Below are positions 48,115 through 57,495 of a stretch of DNA of 64,000 bases, piece after piece; within the stretch, counting starts at the first letter, position 1; every line of letters begins with the position of its first letter. The translations under genes were made by a program, and so were the position numbers. The notes under the pieces are model-generated. The model did not search any database. It saw only the letters and a list, made by a program, of their open reading frames with translations, and was not told the origin of the DNA. Source of the stretch: an uncultured virus (IMG/VR IMGVR_UViG_3300010157_000054) (lineage: Duplodnaviria; Heunggongvirae; Uroviricota; Caudoviricetes); IMG/VR virus record IMGVR_UViG_3300010157_000054. One strand, 5' to 3'.

Positions 48115-48743
48115 GCGATAACTCGAGCACACGCAATTGCCACTTCTTGATGTTCTTTCTGTGTACCATTAGCACTACGTAGTTCAATAAAATGAATCCA
48201 GCTACGTAATGTACCATTCATATACAATCGACTTTCAATAAGGCCTTCCGGTAATACAGCCCGAGCTTGTTCTTTTGCTATGCCGTTAACGATAGCCCAC
48301 TCGTACTCTCTTTTTGCGGCATAGATGACTCGTTGTTGGGCACGATACCATTCATTTTGTAACAGTTGATCATCGACTGGGACACTGTTCTGTCTATTCT
48401 TCTCGTCTTGCAACCGTGCTTCTCTACATACAAACGACAGGTCTTTAGTAGGGTCAGCATATCGCTGACTGAACTCTTGGAAGCTGAAACTTCTGTGTCT
48501 AAGGATTTGTCGGGCAATATCTCTGGTTGTAGTAATTTCAATACAGGCACTGACCATTTCGAGAGGGCTCCAGTGTTGGTGTTTGACCAAGTACTTGATG
48601 AGTTTGTCTGACGTCTCTGTGTTGAGCTGATTGGAGGGATTGCTGACACGGGCGCAATACGCAATGAGTTCTTGCGCATCCGCAAGACCCAGCTCTCTGA
48701 ATTCCTCTGTAGGTTGGGAATATGATAAAAGTTTAACATTCAT
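48075..48743 (-). CDS. thyX: Flavin-dependent thymidylate synthase
   Basis: HWSPLE, RHRSFSFQEFSQRY signature, EQARAVLP, TQKEH. Confidence 0.96.
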   Translation of the reverse strand: MNVKLLSYSQPTEEFRELGLADAQELIAYCARVSNPSNQLNTETSDKLIKYLVKHQHWSPLEMVSACIEITTTRDIARQILRHRSFSFQEFSQRYADPTKDLSFVCREARLQDEKNRQNSVPVDDQLLQNEWYRAQQRVIYAAKREYEWAIVNGIAKEQARAVLPEGLIESRLYMNGTLRSWIHFIELRSANGTQKEHQEVAIACARVIAQIFPMATELASN

Positions 48744-49308
48744 TTTTGTTTATTATAATTTTGGTTGCTATTGTAAATCGAGGAAACTCTGCTATCTTTG
48801 ATGGGGTAGTAGCAGAATGCATTAGTACAGAATCAAACACTAGTACTCTACCCGGTTTAACTGTTGATGTAAAAATTGCGTCAACGGAATTAGAGTCATA
48901 AAAAATAGTTTCGCCGTGCCAGTTTGGATCCCAAGTATAGTTTGCATATTGAAGTATCGTATATACTCCTTCTTGGAATGTGTTACAGTCTGCGTGAATC
49001 AGATCAGCTGTGTCTGAGGTAGAATAGTTAACATATTGTCTAACGTCACTAACTTGTTCCCATGGTATAAAATCAATGGTTTTAGAATATTTGTCTAAGG
49101 TAAATTGATATAACATATCATGTTGCCCTAAATTACAAATCCATTTTTTATTAGTTTCGTTTACATTAAATGATAGATCTACATTTGTTCTAGTAAAATT
49201 TAGTTGAGATATAATTGCGTAGATATCAAAATTTTCTTGAGATGAAAATGCGTCATCATACACATAGATTTTTTTATTGTTAAAATTAAATTCTTTGCAA
49301 TCGGGCAT
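48733..49308 (-). CDS. 2OG-Fe(II) oxygenase (prolyl-hydroxylase-like)
   Basis: HxD (IHADC), W..NWHGETIF, PGRVLVFD...H, RFTIA. Confidence 0.8.
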   Translation of the reverse strand: MPDCKEFNFNNKKIYVYDDAFSSQENFDIYAIISQLNFTRTNVDLSFNVNETNKKWICNLGQHDMLYQFTLDKYSKTIDFIPWEQVSDVRQYVNYSTSDTADLIHADCNTFQEGVYTILQYANYTWDPNWHGETIFYDSNSVDAIFTSTVKPGRVLVFDSVLMHSATTPSKIAEFPRFTIATKIIINKNEC

Positions 49309-49628
49309 TATAATTTTCGATTTTTTAAAAATTTCTCGGTGGATTTTTCTATATCTTTTTTAACTTTAATAGTGTCAAGTTTAAAATCAATATTATCAAT
49401 CCGTTTTTCATATGCCTTAAATAATTCTGACAACGATTTTTCGAAAGATTCCCATCCATCTTTTTTTGTCTTAGCTGTAACTTTTATTTCCCAAGTCTTG
49501 CCATCTTTAAAATTGACCAGTACCGCATGGAGATACCTAAGTGGTAACACGTTGAGCTTTACCTCTCCGAATACTTCTGGCCAATGCTCAATGACTTCTT
49601 TGGGAAGAATTCTTCCCGCAGTCATCAC
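49308..49628 (-). CDS. Hypothetical protein (106 aa)
   Basis: ORF coupled to neighbours; WPEVF motif. Confidence 0.7.
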   Translation of the reverse strand: MMTAGRILPKEVIEHWPEVFGEVKLNVLPLRYLHAVLVNFKDGKTWEIKVTAKTKKDGWESFEKSLSELFKAYEKRIDNIDFKLDTIKVKKDIEKSTEKFLKNRKL

Positions 49629-50227
49629 TTAGCTTTTTTGGTCGGAACCAACTCCTCGGCCAAACGGCGCATAGCGGCAGCTTCTTTAGCAAGTTTATCA
49701 GCTTGTGAACGATAAAACTTGGCTTGATCTTCTGGAGTACCTGTTGGAGCAACTACTGGTTGAGCTATTTCAGGAGCACTTGTTGTAAGTTCTTTAGCAG
49801 ATGCTACTTCAGTTAGTTTAGCAGTATCACCTAACCCTGGAGCAATAGATAATCCATCTACGGCAATACCGCGTTGTTCTGCGATGATCTGATTTAATTC
49901 AGAAAGTAAAATAGACACACCAATTGACGGAGTCATTTCAATCTGATCAGTACCAACTTTAATTAGTCGACCTTTTGAATGTAGACTTGGCAACATACGG
50001 CTTCCGTCTGGAAATTGTGTGCGATCTAATGCTTCGGCAAACTCATATGCTTCTTGAGCGGTTGCGCTTTCGACCAAATTAATGAGAGCATTATGATATT
50101 GGTCATCTAGGCTTTCAGTCGGTACGACTAGTGCGCTATATGCGTCACCTGGTAGAGTTCTATAAGCAACAAGTACTTTCTTATTTGATGCTTTGATTCT
50201 ACCTACGTGTTTTAATGATTGTGCCAT
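49625..50227 (-). CDS. Hypothetical protein (about 200 aa)
   Basis: Start set at MAQSLKHVGR after GGAG SD; C-terminal coiled coil. Confidence 0.7.
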   Translation of the reverse strand: MAQSLKHVGRIKASNKKVLVAYRTLPGDAYSALVVPTESLDDQYHNALINLVESATAQEAYEFAEALDRTQFPDGSRMLPSLHSKGRLIKVGTDQIEMTPSIGVSILLSELNQIIAEQRGIAVDGLSIAPGLGDTAKLTEVASAKELTTSAPEIAQPVVAPTGTPEDQAKFYRSQADKLAKEAAAMRRLAEELVPTKKAK

Positions 50228-50228
50228 A

Positions 50229-50462
50229 TTAGGCTCCTTGTTTAGATGCTTCTGCTTGTTTAGCAACTTGATCTAAGAATGTTGTTAGTTTGTTATATGT
50301 TTGCCCTACAACAGCCATTTCGTTTGGTTTAAATGCGCCTCGAGAGCTAGCAATATCAATAATAACTTTCATTGCGTTAAGATCGTTAATATTAAGTTCG
50401 GCCGCATTTTCTTGCGATTGTTCTGTTGTTGCTTCTTGATTTGTTTCCACTTGATCAGTCAT
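50229..50462 (-). CDS. Hypothetical protein (77 aa)
   Basis: AAGGAG SD; IIDIASSRGAFK motif. Confidence 0.7.
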   Translation of the reverse strand: MTDQVETNQEATTEQSQENAAELNINDLNAMKVIIDIASSRGAFKPNEMAVVGQTYNKLTTFLDQVAKQAEASKQGA

Positions 50463-50493
50463 GGTATCTCCTTAAATTAAGTGTGTATATAAT

Positions 50494-50781
50494 TTATCTC
50501 AATTGTAAATGTGGACAGGCAATTGTGAAGAAGCTGAGTTCTTTTTCACTTTCAAAGCCGATTCTTGTAGTATATACGATAGTATTAGTATAATCTAAAG
50601 CTAGATCTTGCCCGATATAATACCTATTATTTAGGTTATTCATTATCCACTGATTAACTAATTTAATAAATGTAGGGGTGTGTTTTTCTATTACAGTATA
50701 TTTAAAATGAGGAGCGGCAAACTCAACTCTCCGTAAATCAAAATAATTTAAAGGATTAGGTTTGCCATTCTTTAAAGCCAT
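50494..50781 (-). CDS. Hypothetical protein (95 aa)
   Basis: ORF abutting the VWA gene stop. Confidence 0.7.
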   Translation of the reverse strand: MALKNGKPNPLNYFDLRRVEFAAPHFKYTVIEKHTPTFIKLVNQWIMNNLNNRYYIGQDLALDYTNTIVYTTRIGFESEKELSFFTIACPHLQLR

Positions 50782-51984
50782 TTATGCCATTTCCTTAACT
50801 TCTTCGTAGTAAGCGTACTCGCCCCAAGGTGGCACAATAGTATTATTTCCATGAATAATAAAAATAGTATCACAGTAGTTTTCGTCGCCCCACGAGCTCC
50901 AAGGATAACCGTCTGTGAACATGATAAACTTTTTAGGTTGAATATCGTGTTCTTTCATATAATCCCAGTTAGCATCAAACTCAGTACCGCCACCGCCCAT
51001 GACTTCATAGTCGTCAAACTCGTCCATGGTGTAACCGTCAAAGTCTGCTTCGTTATATACCTTAGTGTCAAAGCACCAAACCTTAATTTTAAAGTCTTTG
51101 TACTCTTCCATAATGCCTTTAATTTCTGTTAGGAAATCTTTAGCTTGTTCGTCGCCAATTGAACCAGACATGTCGATTGATACACAGATATCAATTGTTT
51201 CCTGAAATTGTGTACCTGGCAAAATAGCACTCATATGCCAGCCTTTGCGGTTAGGGCGCATGAATGAATAATCGTTTTTAATGGTGCTTTGAATTTGTTG
51301 ACGCAAAATTTCACGCCAGTTCATCTTAGGCTCAGTAAGTTCTTTGATCATACGTTGAACGCTGGCAGGTGTATTCCCAGCACCCGCCGCCTGCGCCGCT
51401 TGCATTGTTGCTTCACGAATTTCGTCACGGATTTGTTTTAATTCATCTTTTGTATACGACGGTTTACCTTGACCATCTTTACCATCTTTACCATCTTTAT
51501 CGCCCCAGTCGATATGATCATCAAGTAATTGACCAAGAGCGTCTAATTCTTGTTCGTCCATCTCGTCAAATATCTTGTCGTAGACTTCTTCAGCACCCAT
51601 ACCGTAGTACTTTTGATCATGGAAAATTGTAATGCCTTTAATTTGATGATCACCAATATGATCGCGAACTAATTGTCCATTAACACAATAGTCGGCGGCA
51701 ATGTTAAAAATACGTGCATTACGTCCTTCTTTACGACCCATATGGTCAAATACGTTATGAAGAATTTCGTGAGCAATAACAAATTCCACTTGTTTAGTAG
51801 TAAGTGGTTCGAAAAATGTGCGATTAAAATAAATGGTTCTGCCGTCTGTGGCAGCGGTGCCCATCCATTCAGAGCCTTCTTCAATTTTCAAACGTGTAGC
51901 CATGTTGCCAAAAAATGGATGACGAAGTAGCAGACCTACTCGGGCTACAATAATTTTATCAATAATTGGATCATTGTGTGACAT
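50782..51984 (-). CDS. Metallopeptidase-like plus VWA domain protein (MoxR partner)
   Basis: AATDG, HEILH (HExxH), MIDAS DMSGS, GGGTEF, FTDG. Confidence 0.88.
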   Translation of the reverse strand: MSHNDPIIDKIIVARVGLLLRHPFFGNMATRLKIEEGSEWMGTAATDGRTIYFNRTFFEPLTTKQVEFVIAHEILHNVFDHMGRKEGRNARIFNIAADYCVNGQLVRDHIGDHQIKGITIFHDQKYYGMGAEEVYDKIFDEMDEQELDALGQLLDDHIDWGDKDGKDGKDGQGKPSYTKDELKQIRDEIREATMQAAQAAGAGNTPASVQRMIKELTEPKMNWREILRQQIQSTIKNDYSFMRPNRKGWHMSAILPGTQFQETIDICVSIDMSGSIGDEQAKDFLTEIKGIMEEYKDFKIKVWCFDTKVYNEADFDGYTMDEFDDYEVMGGGGTEFDANWDYMKEHDIQPKKFIMFTDGYPWSSWGDENYCDTIFIIHGNNTIVPPWGEYAYYEEVKEMA

Positions 51985-52014
51985 ATCTACTCCTGATGTT
52001 TGCTGTATGTATAT

Positions 52015-52043
52015 ATTATAACAGGACCCGAAGGTCCTGTCAA
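52015..52043 (-). promoter_or_regulatory. Consensus sigma70 promoter with a hairpin spacer
   Basis: TTGACA-17 nt-TATAAT upstream of the VWA gene. Confidence 0.8.
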
Positions 52044-52058
52044 TTGGTTTTATAACTG

Positions 52059-53159
52059 TTAACGACTTTCTTTTTCTGTAGCCGCCGCAATGTACTTACC
52101 AAATTTAGAGTGGAATGCATCGAAGCACTCAATTTCGTCCGGATCCAACGGCAATTTGTAAGTGCTCAATGCCAATTTAGTACCCATAATGACCAACTCA
52201 GTTTCAAAGTTATTCATAATGAATTCAAAGAAGTTGTTAACTTGTTTGTTCCAATCTTTAGCACCTTTGTCGCAACTATCTTTGAGCTCGTAGCATAATG
52301 CTACAGTAAGTGAATACATAGCTGAGATCTCTTTCGAATCCATCTTCTTAACTTTGCCATTCAAAATGTCAGTAGGGTTAGGCATCTTGCTGGCGTGTTT
52401 ACGGTGCGCCATAAATTTAATAGCCAGACCCTCACCGATTGATCCTGAAGTTAGGTCAGTTAATGTATCGGCATCAGTGTCGTCATCTACAAGTAGTTCA
52501 CTAACAAATGACCAACTACGTGGCGTAGCAAAGGCACGTGAGCTAGACTTTGGATCAAAGTCATATAAGTCTTTCTTGCTGAAAGTCAAAAAGCCCACAA
52601 CATCTTTATGGATCTTATTAAGTACAGCCCATTCGTTCCAGTCTTCCCATTCAACTTGCATTTCCAAGTGAACAAAACGATTAGCCAACGGAGCAGGCAT
52701 ACGATAAGTAACACCCTTGTCAGTTTCACGGTTACCGGCCGCAACCATTACTACGTTATCGGGCAATTCATAAGTACCGACCTTACGGTTAAGAACTAGT
52801 TGATAAGCCGCGGCTTGTACGCTAGGTGCGGCACTATTCATTTCGTCCATAAACAAGATAATTTGTTTATGTTGTTTGGCAAACTCTTTACTTGGTAACT
52901 CGCCAGGAGGCGCCCATACCATAGTGCCCGAGTTGCTATCAAAATATGGAATACCTTTGATATCAGTAGGTTCCCAAAGAGAAAGACGAACGTCAATCAC
53001 GTGAGCTTCTAACTCGTCGCCGAGTTGTTTAATAATATCGGATTTGCCAATACCTGGAGGACCCCAGAGGAAAATTGGACGCTTGTTTTTAAAAGCCTTA
53101 CGTAGAGACTTTTTAGCGTTTTTTGGGCCTACTGTGCGGCTAAGAATTTCTGCTGCCAT
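52059..53159 (-). CDS. MoxR-type AAA+ ATPase
   Basis: Walker A GPPGIGKS, Walker B LFMDE, AAGNR, LANRF, TPRSW. Confidence 0.9.
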   Translation of the reverse strand: MAAEILSRTVGPKNAKKSLRKAFKNKRPIFLWGPPGIGKSDIIKQLGDELEAHVIDVRLSLWEPTDIKGIPYFDSNSGTMVWAPPGELPSKEFAKQHKQIILFMDEMNSAAPSVQAAAYQLVLNRKVGTYELPDNVVMVAAGNRETDKGVTYRMPAPLANRFVHLEMQVEWEDWNEWAVLNKIHKDVVGFLTFSKKDLYDFDPKSSSRAFATPRSWSFVSELLVDDDTDADTLTDLTSGSIGEGLAIKFMAHRKHASKMPNPTDILNGKVKKMDSKEISAMYSLTVALCYELKDSCDKGAKDWNKQVNNFFEFIMNNFETELVIMGTKLALSTYKLPLDPDEIECFDAFHSKFGKYIAAATEKESR

Positions 53160-53209
53160 TTTACATTTCCTTAAAGTTTAGCGGGGTTAAAAATTTACTT
53201 TATGTAGCT

Positions 53210-53238
53210 ATTATACAGCTACCTCGAGGAAGTGTCAA
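53210..53238 (-). promoter_or_regulatory. Consensus sigma70 promoter for the MoxR gene
   Basis: TTGACA-17 nt-TATAAT, with TG just before the -10 box. Confidence 0.8.
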
Positions 53239-53642
53239 GCGGTATTTTCAGAATCTATTTCTTTTTGTCGCTCATTCATTGCTTTTATGAGCCCAAATTT
53301 TCGTATATCGTCTGAAAACAACATTAGCTCAAAACTCTTCTTTTCCGAAAAGACAGTAATACTTTGGTTAGTTAGCAAGTAAGGACAGTCAATATATCTT
53401 TCCAAAAAGATAATTGTCTGTGGACTAAGTTCGATTGGTTCAGTAAATGGAATCTCGTATTCCTTTAATTCTAACTCACTAGTCAAAAACATGTACCCTT
53501 CTTCACTAAGCCGAAAGGCAGTTTGTTTGTTCACTCGATTTGATTGCCACCACTTATGCGAATATAGATTTACATTAGTTTCGTCTACACTCTTACCCCA
53601 CTGTTGTAAGAATATTTTGGTTAGCACATCTCTGGTTATCAT
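53235..53642 (-). CDS. Hypothetical protein (135 aa)
   Basis: ORF with ATGA coupling to the upstream gene. Confidence 0.7.
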   Translation of the reverse strand: MITRDVLTKIFLQQWGKSVDETNVNLYSHKWWQSNRVNKQTAFRLSEEGYMFLTSELELKEYEIPFTEPIELSPQTIIFLERYIDCPYLLTNQSITVFSEKKSFELMLFSDDIRKFGLIKAMNERQKEIDSENTA

Positions 53643-53923
53643 TTTACGATAGTGCCAGAAGTTAATTTAACAACCTGAAAATCTTCAGATCCAAATGTTA
53701 AATTTAATTTCTTAGCAAGATTTACTGCGTGACCCGGATTAGAGAAGCTGGTCTTTTTATACTTTGGCCCAGGATAGCTGGTAAGACTGTTGAACGATTT
53801 TAGATTGAATGGCTCGTTCTTATAGAATACGGCCCAGATAGCATCTGCTTCTAAAACTTGTTCAGCTTTATACGTTTTTTTGTTGGTGTACTCTAATAGT
53901 ACTTTAGGTTTAGGTCTGCTCAT
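53639..53923 (-). CDS. Hypothetical protein (94 aa)
   Basis: Start set at MSRPKPK; YPGPKYKKTSFSNPGHA motif; GATAAATA at 53952-53959 upstream. Confidence 0.7.
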   Translation of the reverse strand: MSRPKPKVLLEYTNKKTYKAEQVLEADAIWAVFYKNEPFNLKSFNSLTSYPGPKYKKTSFSNPGHAVNLAKKLNLTFGSEDFQVVKLTSGTIVK

Positions 53924-53960
53924 ATATGCGTATCCAAATAATATACGCATATATTTATCT

Positions 53961-54209
53961 TTATTTAGGCAGTTCGAATCCGCCACCGTCCATCTCTACA
54001 GATATAACTTCAGAGTCTACGCTACGTTTAAGAGCACTATACATGCTTTCGTAGTCTTGGTTCATTTTATCCATCATCTCGGCAAGTGCTAAACCAAGCA
54101 TCCTAGCCTGTTGTAAAGACATTTTAACTTCTTTACTTTGAGCTTGTTCAGCACTTCTAACCTGTTGTATAAATTGTGTAACAGGGCTTAAATTAATCTG
54201 ATTTTGCAT
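53961..54209 (-). CDS. Hypothetical protein (82 aa)
   Basis: ORF in the operon; ends MDGGGF. Confidence 0.65.
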   Translation of the reverse strand: MQNQINLSPVTQFIQQVRSAEQAQSKEVKMSLQQARMLGLALAEMMDKMNQDYESMYSALKRSVDSEVISVEMDGGGFELPK

Positions 54210-54672
54210 TTGACAGTACCTGTTTCATTTCAATTTCTGATTTAAATGGGCCTTTGTATGGGTAACGTTCAACAGTAATTGCTTTTGGACAAAAACTTTT
54301 AACCCAGCCCTTGTCAAATTTAATTACATAGTAACCAGCACAATATAGACTCTTACTAGCATTTGATTTAGTAAACAACGGTAGTTTACGCCTTACATCG
54401 TACATGCTGTTATACGGACTACAACTTGTTGGGTAACTGTGACACTCATACGGAGCAGAATGTGTTACCTTAACTTTGGTACTGGTTAAGAAAAACTGTT
54501 CTCCAAACTGTTTAGTTAAGTCTTGTTTTTTATTAAACATGACTTCTCCCTTAGTACTACTCAAAACAAATTTATTATTTTCTTTTTTATGTAGGGTAGC
54601 AATCTTAGATCCGCCTTGCTCTACGATCCAAAATTTGCCGTCTACGATCGGCTTTGCGTGAATATCTGTCAT
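54193..54672 (-). CDS. Hypothetical protein (159 aa)
   Basis: GAGG SD; LPLFTKS...CAGYY...FCPK motifs. Confidence 0.7.
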   Translation of the reverse strand: MTDIHAKPIVDGKFWIVEQGGSKIATLHKKENNKFVLSSTKGEVMFNKKQDLTKQFGEQFFLTSTKVKVTHSAPYECHSYPTSCSPYNSMYDVRRKLPLFTKSNASKSLYCAGYYVIKFDKGWVKSFCPKAITVERYPYKGPFKSEIEMKQVLSNAKSD

Positions 54673-55688
54673 TATTTTTCCTCAAATAAATTTTGTACAG
54701 CTAGTACAGTCGGGTACCTTGCCTGGAATGGTTCTGCGTATGATTGAATATTGTCAGCAATCTTTTTCATATCGTAACTATTACAGAATTTTAGCATACG
54801 TATACCTACTTGAGTAATCTCTTTAGGCACAGCATACGTATCGATAGTTTCTTTAATCAATGCCTTGATATTATCTGGCTGTGCTGTTAGATCACACAGT
54901 TGTACATTACGTTGATAGTCTTCTAATACTCTATGTTCTTCGCCATTATGGTCGGTCCAACGTTGCAACATGAGATTGTTCCACGAATATCCTTTGGATT
55001 TACGGTCCTCAAATGCTTCAGTCAACCCGACTTTATTTTTAGTTCCCTTAACACGAACTCCCGGATATGCCGAAAAGACATTATCGCTAGTGTCGCCACG
55101 CATACACTTTTCAAATAGTAACCATTCTGGATTCGGAACTTCTTTAGGTTCTTTTGTTTTTTTGTCAATAACAAGTTTACCTTTTTTATCAAATATACCA
55201 TTAATGGTATGTGTCTCTTCAGCAACACCGTTATATTGTTTTACGTTGCCTGACAGTAGTTGATAAAAATCTCTATCTGTTGAGATAATAACATGATCAG
55301 CCATAGGATGAGCTTGAATAAATCCCGCAATCAAATCGTCAGCTTCTAGTTGATTATGTTGTAGTACAGTACAGTTAGTTTTTTCTGTCACAAATGTTTT
55401 AAACTCGTCAAATGCTTCCCAGAATACTTTTTCTTCTTCAGCTTCTTTTACTGTATGTGCGGCACGGGCTTCAGCTCGATTAGCTTTATACGGGGCATAA
55501 TGATCTTTACGCCAGCTACGACCTTCGAGACAGAACACTACATGGGTACCACCGAAGTCTTGCCAAGCCTTCTTGATACTGTTAAATGTAATATGAAATG
55601 CCATGCCGAGTTTAATCTCAGCATTGCCTTGTACTACATGTCTAGCACGAAAAAATGTGTTAGCAGTATCAACTAAAATATATGTCAT
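54672..55688 (-). CDS. rnh: T4 RNase H-like 5'-3' exonuclease (FEN family)
   Basis: ILVD, SWRK, YKANR, EADDLI, ISTDRDFYQL, GDTSDNV. Confidence 0.9.
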   Translation of the reverse strand: MTYILVDTANTFFRARHVVQGNAEIKLGMAFHITFNSIKKAWQDFGGTHVVFCLEGRSWRKDHYAPYKANRAEARAAHTVKEAEEEKVFWEAFDEFKTFVTEKTNCTVLQHNQLEADDLIAGFIQAHPMADHVIISTDRDFYQLLSGNVKQYNGVAEETHTINGIFDKKGKLVIDKKTKEPKEVPNPEWLLFEKCMRGDTSDNVFSAYPGVRVKGTKNKVGLTEAFEDRKSKGYSWNNLMLQRWTDHNGEEHRVLEDYQRNVQLCDLTAQPDNIKALIKETIDTYAVPKEITQVGIRMLKFCNSYDMKKIADNIQSYAEPFQARYPTVLAVQNLFEEK

Positions 55689-56095
55689 TCTATTTGTGCT
55701 CTATTGTTACCAAGTCTTGTTACATTAACATAACCAGCAGTCCGATCTTTAGCTTCCATACCTTCACCTTGAATCATGGAACTATACAAATCTCGAAACC
55801 ACCGATCAACAATTTGTTCATCTGGATCACCGTCAAATCCGTAACCAGCTTGTTTCAATTGTACTATAAACAGGTCGTTCCAGTCAAGCTCAAAAAAGCC
55901 ATTTCTTGGATTGTCTTTATTAACTTTGGTGTCCAATACGCTAACCCAAGGCTCACCTCGAGCAGTAGCACGTTCTTTTGGTGCTAGTTTAGCAATACGT
56001 TCATCTTCTTTAGCCTGAGCAGTTTCTAACTGTGCTTGCTCTTTCTCGGCAAGAAGCTTGTCTATACCAAACATCTTTCTAATAAATTGTTTCAT
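55685..56095 (-). CDS. Hypothetical protein (136 aa)
   Basis: Start set at MKQFIRK coupled to the queE stop; GFFELDWN motif. Confidence 0.7.
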   Translation of the reverse strand: MKQFIRKMFGIDKLLAEKEQAQLETAQAKEDERIAKLAPKERATARGEPWVSVLDTKVNKDNPRNGFFELDWNDLFIVQLKQAGYGFDGDPDEQIVDRWFRDLYSSMIQGEGMEAKDRTAGYVNVTRLGNNRAQIE

Positions 56096-56949
56096 TAAGT
56101 TCCCCACTCATTTTTAAATAGTGGCACTTGTAAACGGTCACTATAACGTAATCCGTGCTTCATAGCCATTATTGCCACATTTTTATTATTCAATGCGTAA
56201 ACACTTTCCACACCGCCCACTGGCATTAGATAAACGTGTCCTTTAAATCCTGCTTTACGATATGCGGCAATGGCACATTCAGCATCAGCAAAGTCTTGTT
56301 CAGTAGCAATAACAAACTTCAAATACGCTGTGCCGACTTCTTCATATTCACAAACTACTTCTGGAAGAATAGCTTCTTCCCACTTTTCACCACTACATGG
56401 AAGTTTAGCACTTACGCTAAATGTAATTTCTTTATTTTCACACCCATAGGCCCAAAAATTGTCAATCAAATATTGTTTAAATTCTGATGTAAGTTTTTGA
56501 GTGCCGTTAGTTTCAAAAGTGATTTCTTTAAGACCTTGCATCTTAGGGTGACTTAACAAGTCTGGGTAAGCACGTTGCCAGCCCAATAACGGTTCTCCAC
56601 CTGTAATAACCAAGTGTTCATCCTTCCAATGATCCTGTGGAAGAATTTCCATAATACGATCTGCGATTGCTTCGCTAGTAAGCATAGGGCTAAGTTCTTT
56701 AAAACTAGGATGCCACGATGCGTAGCTATCACACCCTGTGCTAACTAATGGCAAGTCTTCATATTTTGTAAACATGTGAGATACGCTGGCAATTTCTTCG
56801 GCTTCTTCACTCAACATGCCTCGACTCATACCAAATCCAGCACATTTAAAGTTACAACCAAATGTACGTAAGAACACACTTGGTACACCCATATAACGTC
56901 CTTCTCCTTGGATTGAATAAAATAACTCGGCTATTTTAATTTTTGACAT
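56095..56949 (-). CDS. queE: 7-carboxy-7-deazaguanine synthase (radical SAM)
   Basis: ELFYSIQGEG...PSVFLRTFGCN..C, GCDS, VITGGEPLL, ETNGT, YLMP; folE nearby. Confidence 0.85.
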   Translation of the reverse strand: MSKIKIAELFYSIQGEGRYMGVPSVFLRTFGCNFKCAGFGMSRGMLSEEAEEIASVSHMFTKYEDLPLVSTGCDSYASWHPSFKELSPMLTSEAIADRIMEILPQDHWKDEHLVITGGEPLLGWQRAYPDLLSHPKMQGLKEITFETNGTQKLTSEFKQYLIDNFWAYGCENKEITFSVSAKLPCSGEKWEEAILPEVVCEYEEVGTAYLKFVIATEQDFADAECAIAAYRKAGFKGHVYLMPVGGVESVYALNNKNVAIMAMKHGLRYSDRLQVPLFKNEWGT

Positions 56950-57277
56950 TTTTCTTCCTAAAATCTTCTACATCGTCTATTGCTAGTTTTAAAGTTTCTG
57001 CATAGTTTAAAGCACCTTGAGCTTTCAAACAAACAGTTGCTTGGGTATCAATATATCCTTTGGTAAGCAGAGTCCAGATATGATGCCATCGTGTTTGAGT
57101 CCAAAAGTTAGATCTAGTAGTAGTATAAATTGTTACAGTAACTCCAGTGTCTTCGGCCTCTACCCAAACATTATGGTCGCATTCGGAACTACCGCATTCG
57201 CATGTAACACGATAAACTTTTGAGTCTCCCCAATCGTTGTGTTTTAATATACCTTCTGCTGGCATTTGATAATTCAT
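56936..57277 (-). CDS. Hypothetical protein with CxC-x4-C-x-H motif (113 aa)
   Basis: ORF coupled to neighbours; CECGSSECDH. Confidence 0.65.
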   Translation of the reverse strand: MNYQMPAEGILKHNDWGDSKVYRVTCECGSSECDHNVWVEAEDTGVTVTIYTTTRSNFWTQTRWHHIWTLLTKGYIDTQATVCLKAQGALNYAETLKLAIDDVEDFRKKNVKN

Positions 57278-57495
57278 TCCACGCCCTCCTCAAACCATTC
57301 ATCGACCATTTGTTCCGCCTCTTCTTGTGTAAGGGCTGGTACAAAAATACGAGCAGGTTCTCCTGCTGTATGTTGTATACTAAACTTAATTACACCATTT
57401 AATGGTACATTATTAAATTCTCTTTCTACAACAAATTCTTGTAAATTTTTAGCACGATTGATTAATTGATCAGTTAACTCTTTAGCAGTGGTCAT
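57274..57495 (-). CDS. Hypothetical protein (73 aa)
   Basis: ATGA-coupled to the folE stop. Confidence 0.65.
   Translation of the reverse strand: MTTAKELTDQLINRAKNLQEFVVEREFNNVPLNGVIKFSIQHTAGEPARIFVPALTQEEAEQMVDEWFEEGVE

Noticed and set aside
48278..48739. 153-aa alternative-frame ORF over thyX
   Set aside because: Same-strand overlap with a clear thyX; no motifs or separate SD.
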